Assembly (NCBI RefSeq): GCF_006345805.1
Contig: NC_043006.1
Span: 63,674,001-63,738,000, forward strand
Length of the DNA: 64,000 bases
Direction: 5' to 3'
Origin: Octopus sinensis
Taxonomy: Eukaryota
Under the pieces are notes generated by a model. That model worked only from the letters and a program-made list of their open reading frames with translations, made no database searches and was not told the DNA's origin. Numbering within the stretch: the stretch's first letter is position 1; every line of letters starts with the position of its first letter. Shown here one piece after another: positions 54,436 to 64,000 of this stretch. A program made the position numbers and the translations under genes.

Positions 54436-55369
54436 CATACATGCATATACCTATACATACATGCATATCATTCATACACACTTACATACACATGGATGCA
54501 TGCATATGGATGTTGCATATATAAATGTAAATATGGTTGTAACTGCATTCGGATTAAATGTACACATATGAATTATATGCACGTGTATGTGTGTGTGTGT
54601 GTGTGTGTGCGTGTGTGTGTGTGTGTGTGCTTATATATATATCTGTAACGAATGCTGCAAGTTTCCCTACACACACACACATATACATATCTATATCTCT
54701 ATATCTATCTATCTATCTATATATATATATATATATATATTATAAGTGCGCGCACACATTCATCTACAATGTGTAATACATGTAAGTATGCTTGTATGTA
54801 ACGTATGCATATATGTATTACATTTCGTATATACAGTGAGAACATTTAGAGTTGTGATTTATGGATGTGTATAAACATGGAGAGTCCTTTTCATGTGCCA
54901 AAAACAACCCGATACTTGTTATGGATTTGCACAACTTAAACTGCTCAATTCCGATTCCGCTCCATGCGAATTACAGAACAAAAAACTACCGTAAGAAAAA
55001 AGTGAAGATGTAGTCAAACACGTAAGCATCCAAGACCTTTGTGCGATTCTAACATACAGATACACCAACGTGCAACTATGGTGTTACAAAAAGCGATAAA
55101 CAATAACTCAGACCCGTTTCAGGCCGACCTCTTTTGATTTGATGCTGAATATTAAATTCTGTATAGACGCTGACCCTTTCCAATCTGAACTTGTATCTAA
55201 CATTAAGTAAATTACGAATTCCGAAAAAGAAAAACATTAGTCTTTTCCAGCAAAACCCAAAATCCGTATGGAATAGAAAATAGTCAGCATGAGCAAATAT
55301 TAAAAAATAATACAACACAAAATTATGCGAAAACCTCGTCCAAACATACTGCAATATTAAAATGGCGGA

Positions 55370-55815
55370 GATAAGGTGGCGAGCTGGCAGAATCGTTAGC
55401 GCGCCGGGCAAAAATGCTTAGCGGTATTTCGTCCGTCTTTGCGTTCTGAGTTCAAATTCCGCCGAGGTCGACTTTGCCTTTCATCCTTTCGGGGTCGATA
55501 AAATAAGTACCAGTTGCGTACTGGAGTCGATCTAATGGACTGACCTCCTCCCCACCAAATTTCAGGCCTTGTGCCTAGTGTAGAAAATAATATTAAAAAG
55601 CGGAGATAAGGCGGCGAGCTGGCAAGAATCGATAACGCATCGGGCAAAAATGCTTAGCGGTATTTCGTCTGTCTTTAAGTTCAACTTTGCCTTTCATCCT
55701 TTTGGGGTCGATAAATTAAATACCAGTGAAACACTGTTGTCGATGTAATCGACTGGTCCGCTCCCCCCACCAAAAAAAAAAAATTTCAGGCCTTGTGTCT
55801 TTTGTAGAAAGGAAC
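55370..55815 (+). mobile_element. Two tandem family-B SINEs with CpGs largely intact
   Basis: ggtggcgagctggcagaatcgttagcgcgccgggc... Confidence 0.85.
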
Positions 55816-55844
55816 ATTAAAAGGCGGCGAACTGACAGAGTCTT

Positions 55845-56025
55845 CCACAATTTCTTCAACATTCTTGCTAAGTTCTGATATTTCTCAATCGTTTCAGTTT
55901 CTTTGATATCCACTCTGTTATCATACGGTGTTGCAAAGTCTATGATCTTACACTGTTTCTTTTGTCCTCAATACTCATATCTGGTCTTCTTGCTTCAATA
56001 GCACAGTGTGGAAGTATAATCTAGA
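55845..56025 (-). mobile_element. Non-LTR retrotransposon fragment, restriction-like endonuclease domain (R2/R4/NeSL-type)
   Basis: IEARRPDMSIEDKKKQCKIIDFATPYDNRVDIKETETIEKYQNLARMLKKLW: the RPD...IID...KxxKY motif. Confidence 0.8.
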
Positions 56026-56149
56026 GGAACTGTTCTCAGCCGTTGTTTTTTTTTTCTTTTTTTAACCTATAGACGCCTTCGATTACTGTTTTACTCAGGT
56101 AGACCCCCACAGCCATTCGATGCTTTTAAACTAATTTTATAGATTGTTG

Positions 56150-56670
56150 TTTGTTCCTTCTCGATCCACGCCTGGCTCATAGGGCCGGTTTCCCGGTTTC
56201 CTTGACGTATAGGTTGCCTACCTGGATGGGACACCGGTCCGTCACAGGTGAGTTACAAGATGCAGGAGGAAGAGTGAGAGAAAGTTGTGGCGAAAGAATC
56301 AGCAGAAGTTCGCCATTACCTTCTGCCGGGGCCGCGTCTGAGATTCGAACCCGCGATCCCTCGACCGCAAGTCCGCTGCTCTAACCACTAGGCCATGTGC
56401 CTCCACAACTTTATAGATACTTCTTTCAAAATTCCTATTTTGATTTTTACTCATTCCCTTGTGTAGGTTTGCAACAGCGCTGCGGAGGCGCAGTGTTTCA
56501 GTGGTTAAGGCAGCGGTCTCGCGGTCGTAAGAGCGGGGTTTCGATTCCCAGACCGGGCATTGAGAGTGTTTATTGAGCAAAAACACCTAAGCTCCACGAG
56601 GCTGCGGCGAGGGTTGGGTGGTGAACCCCGCTGTACTCTTTCCCCATAACATTCTCTCACTCTTCCTACT
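56150..56670. mobile_element. Divergent head-to-head pair of tRNA-derived SINEs: 56150-56410 (-) and 56488-56670 (+)
   Basis: Both have A/B-box heads (tggcctagtggttagagc..ggttcgaatc; cagtggttaaggc..gtttcgattccc) and share the cacaactttctctcactcttcct segment. Confidence 0.75.
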
Positions 56671-56958
56671 TCTGCCACAAAGCAGAGGAACCATGGTGTA
56701 ACCCACTATGGTGTGGTAAACTTTCAGACCCTAGTCTAGATTGCGAATCCTCTGTACCCCCAGGATGGTCCAGCTCTCCACCCGTTAAAAGCCATCATTT
56801 ACGGAATGAGGATAAGAACGTAGCTTTCGCGCCCGTGCAACCGCCAGTCTATCACGTGTGGTGGGTGGATCTTCAAGTTGCAACACGCATTCTTTGTAGC
56901 TTAGAGTAGACTCGAATTAGAGATTATTCTTTGTGGCTAATGACGTGAGTCCTGATTG

Positions 56959-57123
56959 GAAGAAGAAGAAGAAGAAGAAGAGAAAAGAAGAAGAAGAAGA
57001 AGAAGAAGAAAAGAAGAAGAAGAAGAAGAAGAAAAGAAGAAGAAGAAGAAGAAGAAGAAGAAGAAGAGAAGAAGAAGAAGAAGACGAAGAAGAAGAAGAG
57101 AAGAAGAAGAAGAAGAAGAAGAA
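56959..57123. repeat. (GAA)n polypurine tract, about 165 bp
   Basis: Seen directly; almost pure purine strand. Confidence 0.95.
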
Positions 57124-57259
57124 ACAAAAGACACAGCAGCACAACGGCGCTGTCTGAGGGAACACGTTTCAGCACAGCGCCAGAATCATTTAAACTTTGT
57201 AAAACGTTAGAGAAAGAAGCCTTTTGGTTGCTTGCTATAAATTTATCGAATGCAAATTT

Positions 57260-57378
57260 TTTCATAAACCCTTTAAATACAAATGTGGATCCCCAATTTA
57301 CTGCTTCGCTTGCATGGGCCCCCCCAAAATTTTATATGGACCCCTAGCAGTCATATGGCCCCTGGTTGAGAACCACTG
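57260..57378 (-). mobile_element. hAT/Charlie-like MITE end
   Basis: Minus-strand terminus CAGTGGTTCTCAACC. Confidence 0.6.
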
Positions 57379-57869
57379 GCCTAGGCAATAGATATAATTC
57401 AGGTACAGATTATTAGAGAACGATGTAAGAGGGAAATGTGTAGGGTTTGAAAGTAGTTAGGGTTAAGGTTAATGTTAGGATTGGGGTTAGAGATGGTCGG
57501 ACATAATAGATACAGTAGATACTATATATACTTTGCTTCGAAAAAAAACAACAAATGGAATGGTCACGGCTAGAATGCTTCTGACCGCAATTCTGTTCAA
57601 CAGCAATTGACCTGGAGCTAAACAACAGCAATAACAACAACAACGAGACGACTGGTACCAATACTAACAATCTTCGTCATCATCGTTATCAGCATCGATT
57701 TATTGGTTTATTGATTGAATAAATGATTGATTGATTGATTGATTTTTTTCCCTTCGTTCATTCGCTCCACTGTTTGTTCGCTCGCTCCGTTTTTTACTAG
57801 CAGCCATTTTGTTTCAGCCATCACTGATAAGAAGACCAAAACCCTGCACCCATAGATTATCATTATTAC

Positions 57870-57925
<56 letters not shown>

Positions 57926-58375
57926 TATTATTATTATTATTATTGCTGTTTCTATTATCATTATTGTTGTTGCTATTACCTCAACTTTCAAAGCTGCAAA
58001 CGGATGCCCAATTTCACGCATGTGGACCTTTCGGTTGTTATTCGGTGAAAGATTAACATTTTAATCATGAAACATTCACATATCATACAATTGATTCCTT
58101 TCTACAGTTCTATTCTCTCTCTCCCACTCTCTCTCTCCCACTCTCTCTCTCCCACTCTCTCTCTCCCACTCTCTCTCTCACTCTCTCTCTCTCGCTCTCT
58201 CTCTGTCTCTCTCCCTTTTTCCCATATATATATATATATGTTGCGTTATTGCTTTCTTTATTGACTTTTCCCTCTTTTATCAAATACAAATCATAATTAA
58301 CCAAAATTACGAAAAAATCCGATCAAGATACACAAACATACCATATACATGTATGTGTGTATGTTTGTGTATGTA

Positions 58376-58411
<36 letters not shown>

Positions 58412-58894
58412 TATAGTATTTATAGTGTGTGTTTGTGTTGTGTGTGCGCCAGGCAATTACATTTTCATTTTTCGTGTTTTCGTTTTTTCTTCGGTTTGCA
58501 TTTGCGTTTTTTCAAGGGTGTTTTTTGTTGCTGTTATGTTTTCCCGGTGAGTTTAATTTTCCACCAAACTCACAATTTTTTGTTTTGTTTTTTGTTTTTT
58601 TTTTTTTTAGCTTCCTTGCGGTTAATTATCACCGAAAGGATGCTGTTGATGATGATTGTTGCTGTTCATGGTGGTGGTGGGCTTTTTATTATGATTGCTG
58701 ATGTTGATGATGATTATGATGATGTTGATGATGATTTTATTTTCGACGGGGTCACCACCAAAAATAATGGGGGGGGGTGATGATACAGACAGAAAAACAA
58801 CAAAAATACAAATACGGAGAAATTTCTATCGATTAAAAAGTTTAAAAAAATCTTTTTAATCTGATAAAAAATATGAATAAGGTAATAGTTTTGA

Positions 58895-58932
<38 letters not shown>

Positions 58933-59229
58933 CATATGTTCGCCCATCCACCATATTGTCAGGGAAGTACACAGGGGCAAATAATCAGAGACCCTCGAAA
59001 CCAGCCCCGGCCAGTTTGCCCTCTATTGTACAACGGACAAACACGAACATTTCCACTGAGAAGTCTTCAAAAGAAACTTGAGAGGGGAAACAACCAAGTC
59101 AGTTAGTCAGTCACGCTAAATCACCTTCGCGCTGTCATCGTGGTTGCCACGGCTACCGTCTCCGCTTCCGACGCAGCTACCATCGTCAGCTTCATTCACA
59201 ATCCATCTCATCCTTTTCTTCAATATTCT

Positions 59230-59825
59230 CATCACCATCATCATCATCACCATCATCATCCTCACCATCATCATCATCACCATCATCATCATCACCATCA
59301 TCATCATCACCATCATCATCCTCACCATCATCATCATCACCATCATCATCATCACCATCATCATCATCACCATCATCATCATCACCATCATCATCACCAT
59401 CATCATCATCACCATCATCATGCCGTCATCATCACTGTCCTCCGCCTTCTCTTCATCATCATCGTCGTCGTTGTCATCAACATCATCATCATCATCATTA
59501 TCTTCCCTCCTACAGCCATAATCATTGTCATCATTTTTATCGCTTCCACTTTAGTAGATATATCATCAGTATCATCACCGTCTTGATCATCATCATCATC
59601 ATCCTCGTCCTTTTCACTATCACAAACTTCATCATCATCGTCGTCGTCGTCGTCATCATTATCATCGTCACCACCACCACCACCATTATTATCATCATCA
59701 CATCAGCATCATTTTCACCGTCACTTCATCATCATCATCATCATAATCACCAACGCCATCACTACAACCAACAACGTCACTACTACCAACAACAATACCA
59801 TCATCATCATCATCATCATCATCAG
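59230..59825. repeat. (CAT/CAC)n trinucleotide block
   Basis: Seen directly; source of the poly-His/Ile/Met ORFs. Confidence 0.95.
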
Positions 59826-60214
59826 CGTTTTGACGTTGCAGTAATACTGTTTGTTAATTTGTTGCTCCTTTTGTTATTGTTGTTGTTGTTTTTATAGTTT
59901 AAAAAGCAATATAATTCGTAGAATGTAAAATTTATTGGAACCTACAACGACCCCAACTGTTTCAGCTCAATGAAGCTTGGCGTTAGCATATTTACCGCTC
60001 CGCTGGAGCGAGACTATCGACGAAGTGGAGCATGTGCTGAAAGACACCATCATAAAATCATATATCTCGGTTATTTCCTTCGTGTTTGCTTCATTTTCTT
60101 CCTTTTTTTTTCTTCTTTTTTTTTTTGGCTTTTGTTTCATTGAGAAAGCCGAAAGCCCTTATTTTCTGTTGTCTGTCTTGAAATTGAAATATAACTGTTT
60201 TTCTTATTATTAGC

Positions 60215-60830
60215 TTTTTCACTGAGAAAATAGTGAATAATAGGTTTTGTAATCGACTGTTTATTCAACGAAAAAAAAATTGGAGTGTGTAAACGTATTT
60301 CTTACTGTGTTTATTCACTGAAAAAAAATCACGGATAAAGTGTTTCCTTCGCCTACTTTTTTCAGTATGAATGAAAACTGAGTATAACAGTATTTCCATA
60401 TTGTCTGATTTTTCGATGAAAAGCAGAAGAATTATAAAAGTATTTTTTATCGTCTGATATTTCACTGAGAAAATTGAAAACAACAGTATTTCTCATTGTA
60501 TGTTAATTCACTGAGAAGATCGAGTAGTAACAGCGTCTCTTCTAATTTTCTGTTTTATTGGTTGGAGAATCGAGTAAAACCGTATTCCTTAGAGTATGTT
60601 TTTTCATAAAGGAAATTAAACATTGCAGTAATATTTCTCACCCTCTTCATTCGATCGGCAAATCGAGTATAACAATACTCTTGATTCTTATTTCCAATGA
60701 ACAACCGAAAAATTATAACAGGATTTTTTATCGTCTGCTTTTTCACTGAAAAACTACTAACATTTTTAAATGTCCGGTTCTCCAGGAGAAAGTGTATGTA
60801 AAACAGGATTTTGCTTTTCTCCATTGTGAA
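60215..60830. repeat. Highly degenerate tandem array, unit about 45-50 bp, about 13 units
   Basis: Recurring ttc-actgagaaaa-tcgagtataacagtattt-...-gtctg-ttt pattern. Confidence 0.6.
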
Positions 60831-61189
60831 ATCAACAGAATATAATACTGACCATTCAAATTTTCATATTCCCTAAAATATTCATCCAAATTTCAGAAAT
60901 GAGGTATCAAAATGTTTCAGGAACAGTAGATGTTAGATTTAACTATTTTCAAAATTTCATAGTGATACCTAATAATGCTGTTTCTTCTATTTTTTGTACT
61001 GTATATACTTTTATCTCGTTTCACCCTCTTTTCTCTTTCTTATTCTTTACCTTGTGTGTAAACCCCTACACAAAATTTAAACTGTCCTTATAATGTCCCC
61101 CTCACCTGATGCCTCTGCTAGTAGTAGTAGTAGAATTTTATTACTATTACATACTGTATTAGTTGTTAAGAATGTTGTCTTGAGGTTTC

Positions 61190-61493
61190 ATAACAACTCT
61201 CCTCAAATCTCAAGAATCTTTCTTAGCATTCTTGTGAGTTTCAATTCCAGTATTCTTTAGTCTCTTGGATAGCATTTTGTGTTTTGTGCCAAGTGCACCA
61301 ATTGCCAGAGTAATAGTTATTATCTTAGACTTCTACAATTTCTTCAACATTCTTGCTAAGTTCTGATATTTCCCAATCGTTTCAATTTCTTTGATATCCA
61401 CTCTGTTATCCTACGGTATTGCAAAGTCTATGATCTTACATTGTTTCTTTCTTTTAGTCCTCAATGTTGATATCTGGTCTTCTTGCTTCAATA
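61190..61493 (-). mobile_element. Second RLE-type non-LTR 3' fragment
   Basis: Near-identical to 55845-56025 and extends to ...LAIGALGTKHKMLSKRLK. Confidence 0.8.
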
Positions 61494-61496
61494 GTA

Positions 61497-61900
61497 TTCT
61501 TTTCTTCTTTTCTTTTACTTGTTTCAGTCATTTGACTGCGGCCGAGCTGGAGCACCGCCATTTTAGTCGAACAAATCGGCCCCAGAACTTATTCTTTATA
61601 AGCCCAGTACTTATTCTATCGGTCTCTTTTGCCGAACCGCTAGGTTACGGGGGCGTGAACACACCAGCATCGGTTGTCAAGCGATGTTAGGGGGTAAATA
61701 CAGACACACAAACACACACACACACATATATATACACATATATACGATGGGCTTCTTTCAGTTTCCCTTTACAAAACCCACTCACAAGGCTTTAGTCGGC
61801 CTCAGGCTATAGAAGAAGGCACTTGCCCAAGGTGCCACGCAGTGGGACTGAACCCGGAACCATGTGGTTCATAAGCAAGCTACTTACCACACAGCCACTC
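61497..61900 (-). mobile_element. Family-A SINE, CpG-rich copy
   Basis: Full-length reverse-complement copy. Confidence 0.85.
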
Positions 61901-62179
61901 TTATATAATATATATATATATATATATTCAGAAAGAGAGATATAATGACGCAAATAAACAACACGCATGGGCTTGATATATAAAATATACTTACATATAT
62001 ACATGTAGATATATGGAATGTATAGAGAGAAGCAAGAACTGAAAATATTCAGATAAACATTCATGTAAAAGCATATGGACATTTGTATTTACAGATCAGA
62101 TTTACGTAGAGTATAAAAGGAGAAAAGACAGCTGTTTCTAGGGGCTCAGACTTATGTACTAGTTGTAATGATGACAGAT

Positions 62180-62418
62180 GGAGTGTGCCAAAAGTCAAAG
62201 ATATGCAACCAGTAGTGGATGCATATCAGCATTACGTAAGTCCGGCCTCCGTCTTCAGGGCGGAGAGATTGGCAACTCATTTTCACCAGTTGAGAGGACT
62301 GGAGCAACGTAAAATCAAGTATTTTGCTCAAGAAGACAACGCATCGCCCGATCTAGGAATCGAAGCCACAATCTTACGATCATGACCGCAACTCCCTAAA
62401 CACTAAGCCAGCACCTCC
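62180..62418 (-). mobile_element. Family-C tRNA-derived SINE
   Basis: Reverse complement of a head and core like the 33978 copy. Confidence 0.65.
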
Positions 62419-62722
62419 ACTATGTATGTATGTATGTATGTATGTATGTATGTATGTATGTATGTATGTATGTATGTATGTATATATGATACAACCAGTA
62501 GTATCTGCGACAGTTAATGAGACTGCGATAAATGTCAGAATGGCAGGACTCCAATTACTAATCCGATATTGTTTTCGGCCTTTTTTTTTCTCTCAGCCAA
62601 AGCTTTTAACAAGAAAATTCTTTTACATATACGCTCAAAATATTTACATACTTTATGTGGTGCGCTGAGAAATATACACACATACATACATACATACATA
62701 CATACATACATACATACATACA

Positions 62723-62754
<32 letters not shown>

Positions 62755-63165
62755 CATATACATACGTACATACACGCACATACATATACACATACATACA
62801 TGCATACATACATATATATACTGATAGATGGATAGATAGATCGGCAGAAAGACAAATAGATAAACAGGTAAATACATACATACATATATATATATAGAGA
62901 GAGAGAGGGAGAGAGAGAGAGAGAGGGAGAGAGAGAGAGAGAGGGAGAGAGAGAGAGAGATCAATAAGAAAATGGAGGGATCAATAGCTGATTCATCAAC
63001 TTTTAGACATATTATGTTAACTTAATTATTTATTTACTAAACTGACAATTACAAGAATATACATACATGTATAACATATTATACTTTACATATAATATAT
63101 AAAATATATTAATATATAAAGATACCAGTAATTATAACAATATAACATAAAACATGAATAGATAT

Positions 63166-63210
<45 letters not shown>

Positions 63211-63213
<3 letters not shown>

Positions 63214-64000
63214 GGGTTGGACAAAATAATGGAAACACCTAGCATCATAATTTTGAAATATCTATAAAACCGTCAAAATCTTGTTTTTTTTATTTATTTA
63301 TTATTAGTGTCGCTTAATATGTTTTGCCAAATTCTTGTTTCTTTTCAGATATCATCAGAAAAAGGTAATTAAAATTCATTAAAATGACAGATCTATCGAA
63401 CTTTCAAAGAGGTCAAATTGTTTGTGCTCGTATGGCAGGCGCTAGCGTAACGAAAACAGCCGAAATCTCTGGTGTATCAAAAAGTACTCGAAGTAATGAC
63501 AGCTTTTGAGAAAAGGAAAAACCCCTCCTCGTCGAAACAAACTCCGGAAGAAACCAAAACTTTCAGATAGGGACCGTCGGACTCTTACGCGAATTGTTAG
63601 AAGGATCACAAAAGTACACAGCTCCCAAATTACTGCAGAGCTTAATGACCACCTTGAGAACCCAGTTTCCACAAAAACTGTTCGCCGGGAGCTGCACAAA
63701 GCCGAATTTCACTACTTTCAAAAACAAACGTTGCAAAGCGTTTAGAGTGGAGTAAAAACCTACAGAATTGGTCCCTAGAGCAGTAGAAGAATATCATTTT
63801 CTCGGACGAGTCATCCTTTAACTTATTTCCGACCACCGGCCGAGGATACGCATGGAGACAGCCAAAGAAGCATTTGACCCAGACTGATTCCAACTAACTG
63901 TTAAACATGGAGGAAGATCTGTGATGATCTGAGGGCTATATCTTGGAAATCCGCCGGCCCAATGGTTTCCCTTCATGGCAGAATTAATAGTCAAGACTAT
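63211..64000 (+). mobile_element. Tc1-like DNA transposon with a disrupted transposase (runs off the window)
   Basis: TA|catgggttggacaaaataatggaaacacc terminus. ATG at 63384 gives MTDLSNFQRGQIVCARMAGAS..., then KLSDRDRRTL...TAELNDHLENPVSTKTVRRELHK, IIFSDESSFNLF and TVKHGG. Contains frameshifts and stops. Confidence 0.92.

Noticed and set aside
57440-57495. Telomere-like ttagggttaaggtt stretch
   Set aside because: Short and degenerate; more likely part of a dispersed repeat than an interstitial telomere.
57413-57670. Leu-rich signal-peptide-like ORF (LVLVPVVSLLLLLLLFSS) on the minus strand
   Set aside because: It starts at TTG with an in-frame stop just upstream, and the Leu run comes from a (TTG)n microsatellite.
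59995-60052. ATG-initiated phase-1 exon candidate MMVSFSTCSTSSIVSLQRS with a GTAAAT donor, in the CpG-rich region
   Set aside because: Not hydrophobic enough for the RECK signal peptide and no homology; cannot be supported.
55845-61493. Two RLE-LINE fragments ending at nearly the same 5' position
   Set aside because: The second copy is cut there by an adjacent SINE, so the coincidence needs no special mechanism.
2037-63000. Hundreds of ORFs rich in Y/I/H/T/C/V/M or in poly-His, Pro, Asp, Thr or Leu
   Set aside because: They are translations of (TA)n, (CA)n, (CAT)n, (GGT)n and (GAA)n repeats, which lack stop codons; no splice or homology support.

Overview
Eukaryotic, AT-rich, very repeat-dense genomic DNA, most likely from an octopus or other coleoid cephalopod (inferred from the SINE/LINE families and the heavy (TA)n/(CA)n/(CAT)n load). 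The only protein-coding gene I can support is RECK (reversion-inducing cysteine-rich protein with Kazal motifs) on the minus strand. Four internal coding exons (42591-42630, 36169-36251, 16573-16654, 8619-8819; 406 nt in total) have GT-AG boundaries and compatible phases. They splice to IFNLWECAHVSMSVFRSLQSWPGRVCCDKSFQASCSAACPIAHSKADLRPGCHPEKDEEVFNCVNRMTSSQQCCSADKAPIPSCQALCQNLYFTNTLNNHDQLQALVQHCSIKSQAMVLCVLAQAKPAHLRNINQ, i.e. the end of CC1, CC2 and CC3. The signal-peptide/early CC1 exons and the downstream exons were not found in the window. The rest is intronic or intergenic: three tRNA-derived SINE families, RTE/CR1/RLE-type LINE fragments, Tc1 copies, piggyBac/pogo/hAT-like MITEs, non-autonomous Helitrons, fold-back palindromes, minisatellites and a 100-N gap. 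Nearly all ORFs in the supplied track are stop-free microsatellite artefacts. The most notable oddities are: a decayed partial duplicate of the RECK CC3 exon; several long hairpins in the RECK pre-mRNA, two of them about 170-200 nt upstream of acceptors; a Helitron with protein-like cargo; a 60-bp stop-free minisatellite; and a sharp change in CpG density at the gap. I found no clear evidence of a wholly new multi-gene system.
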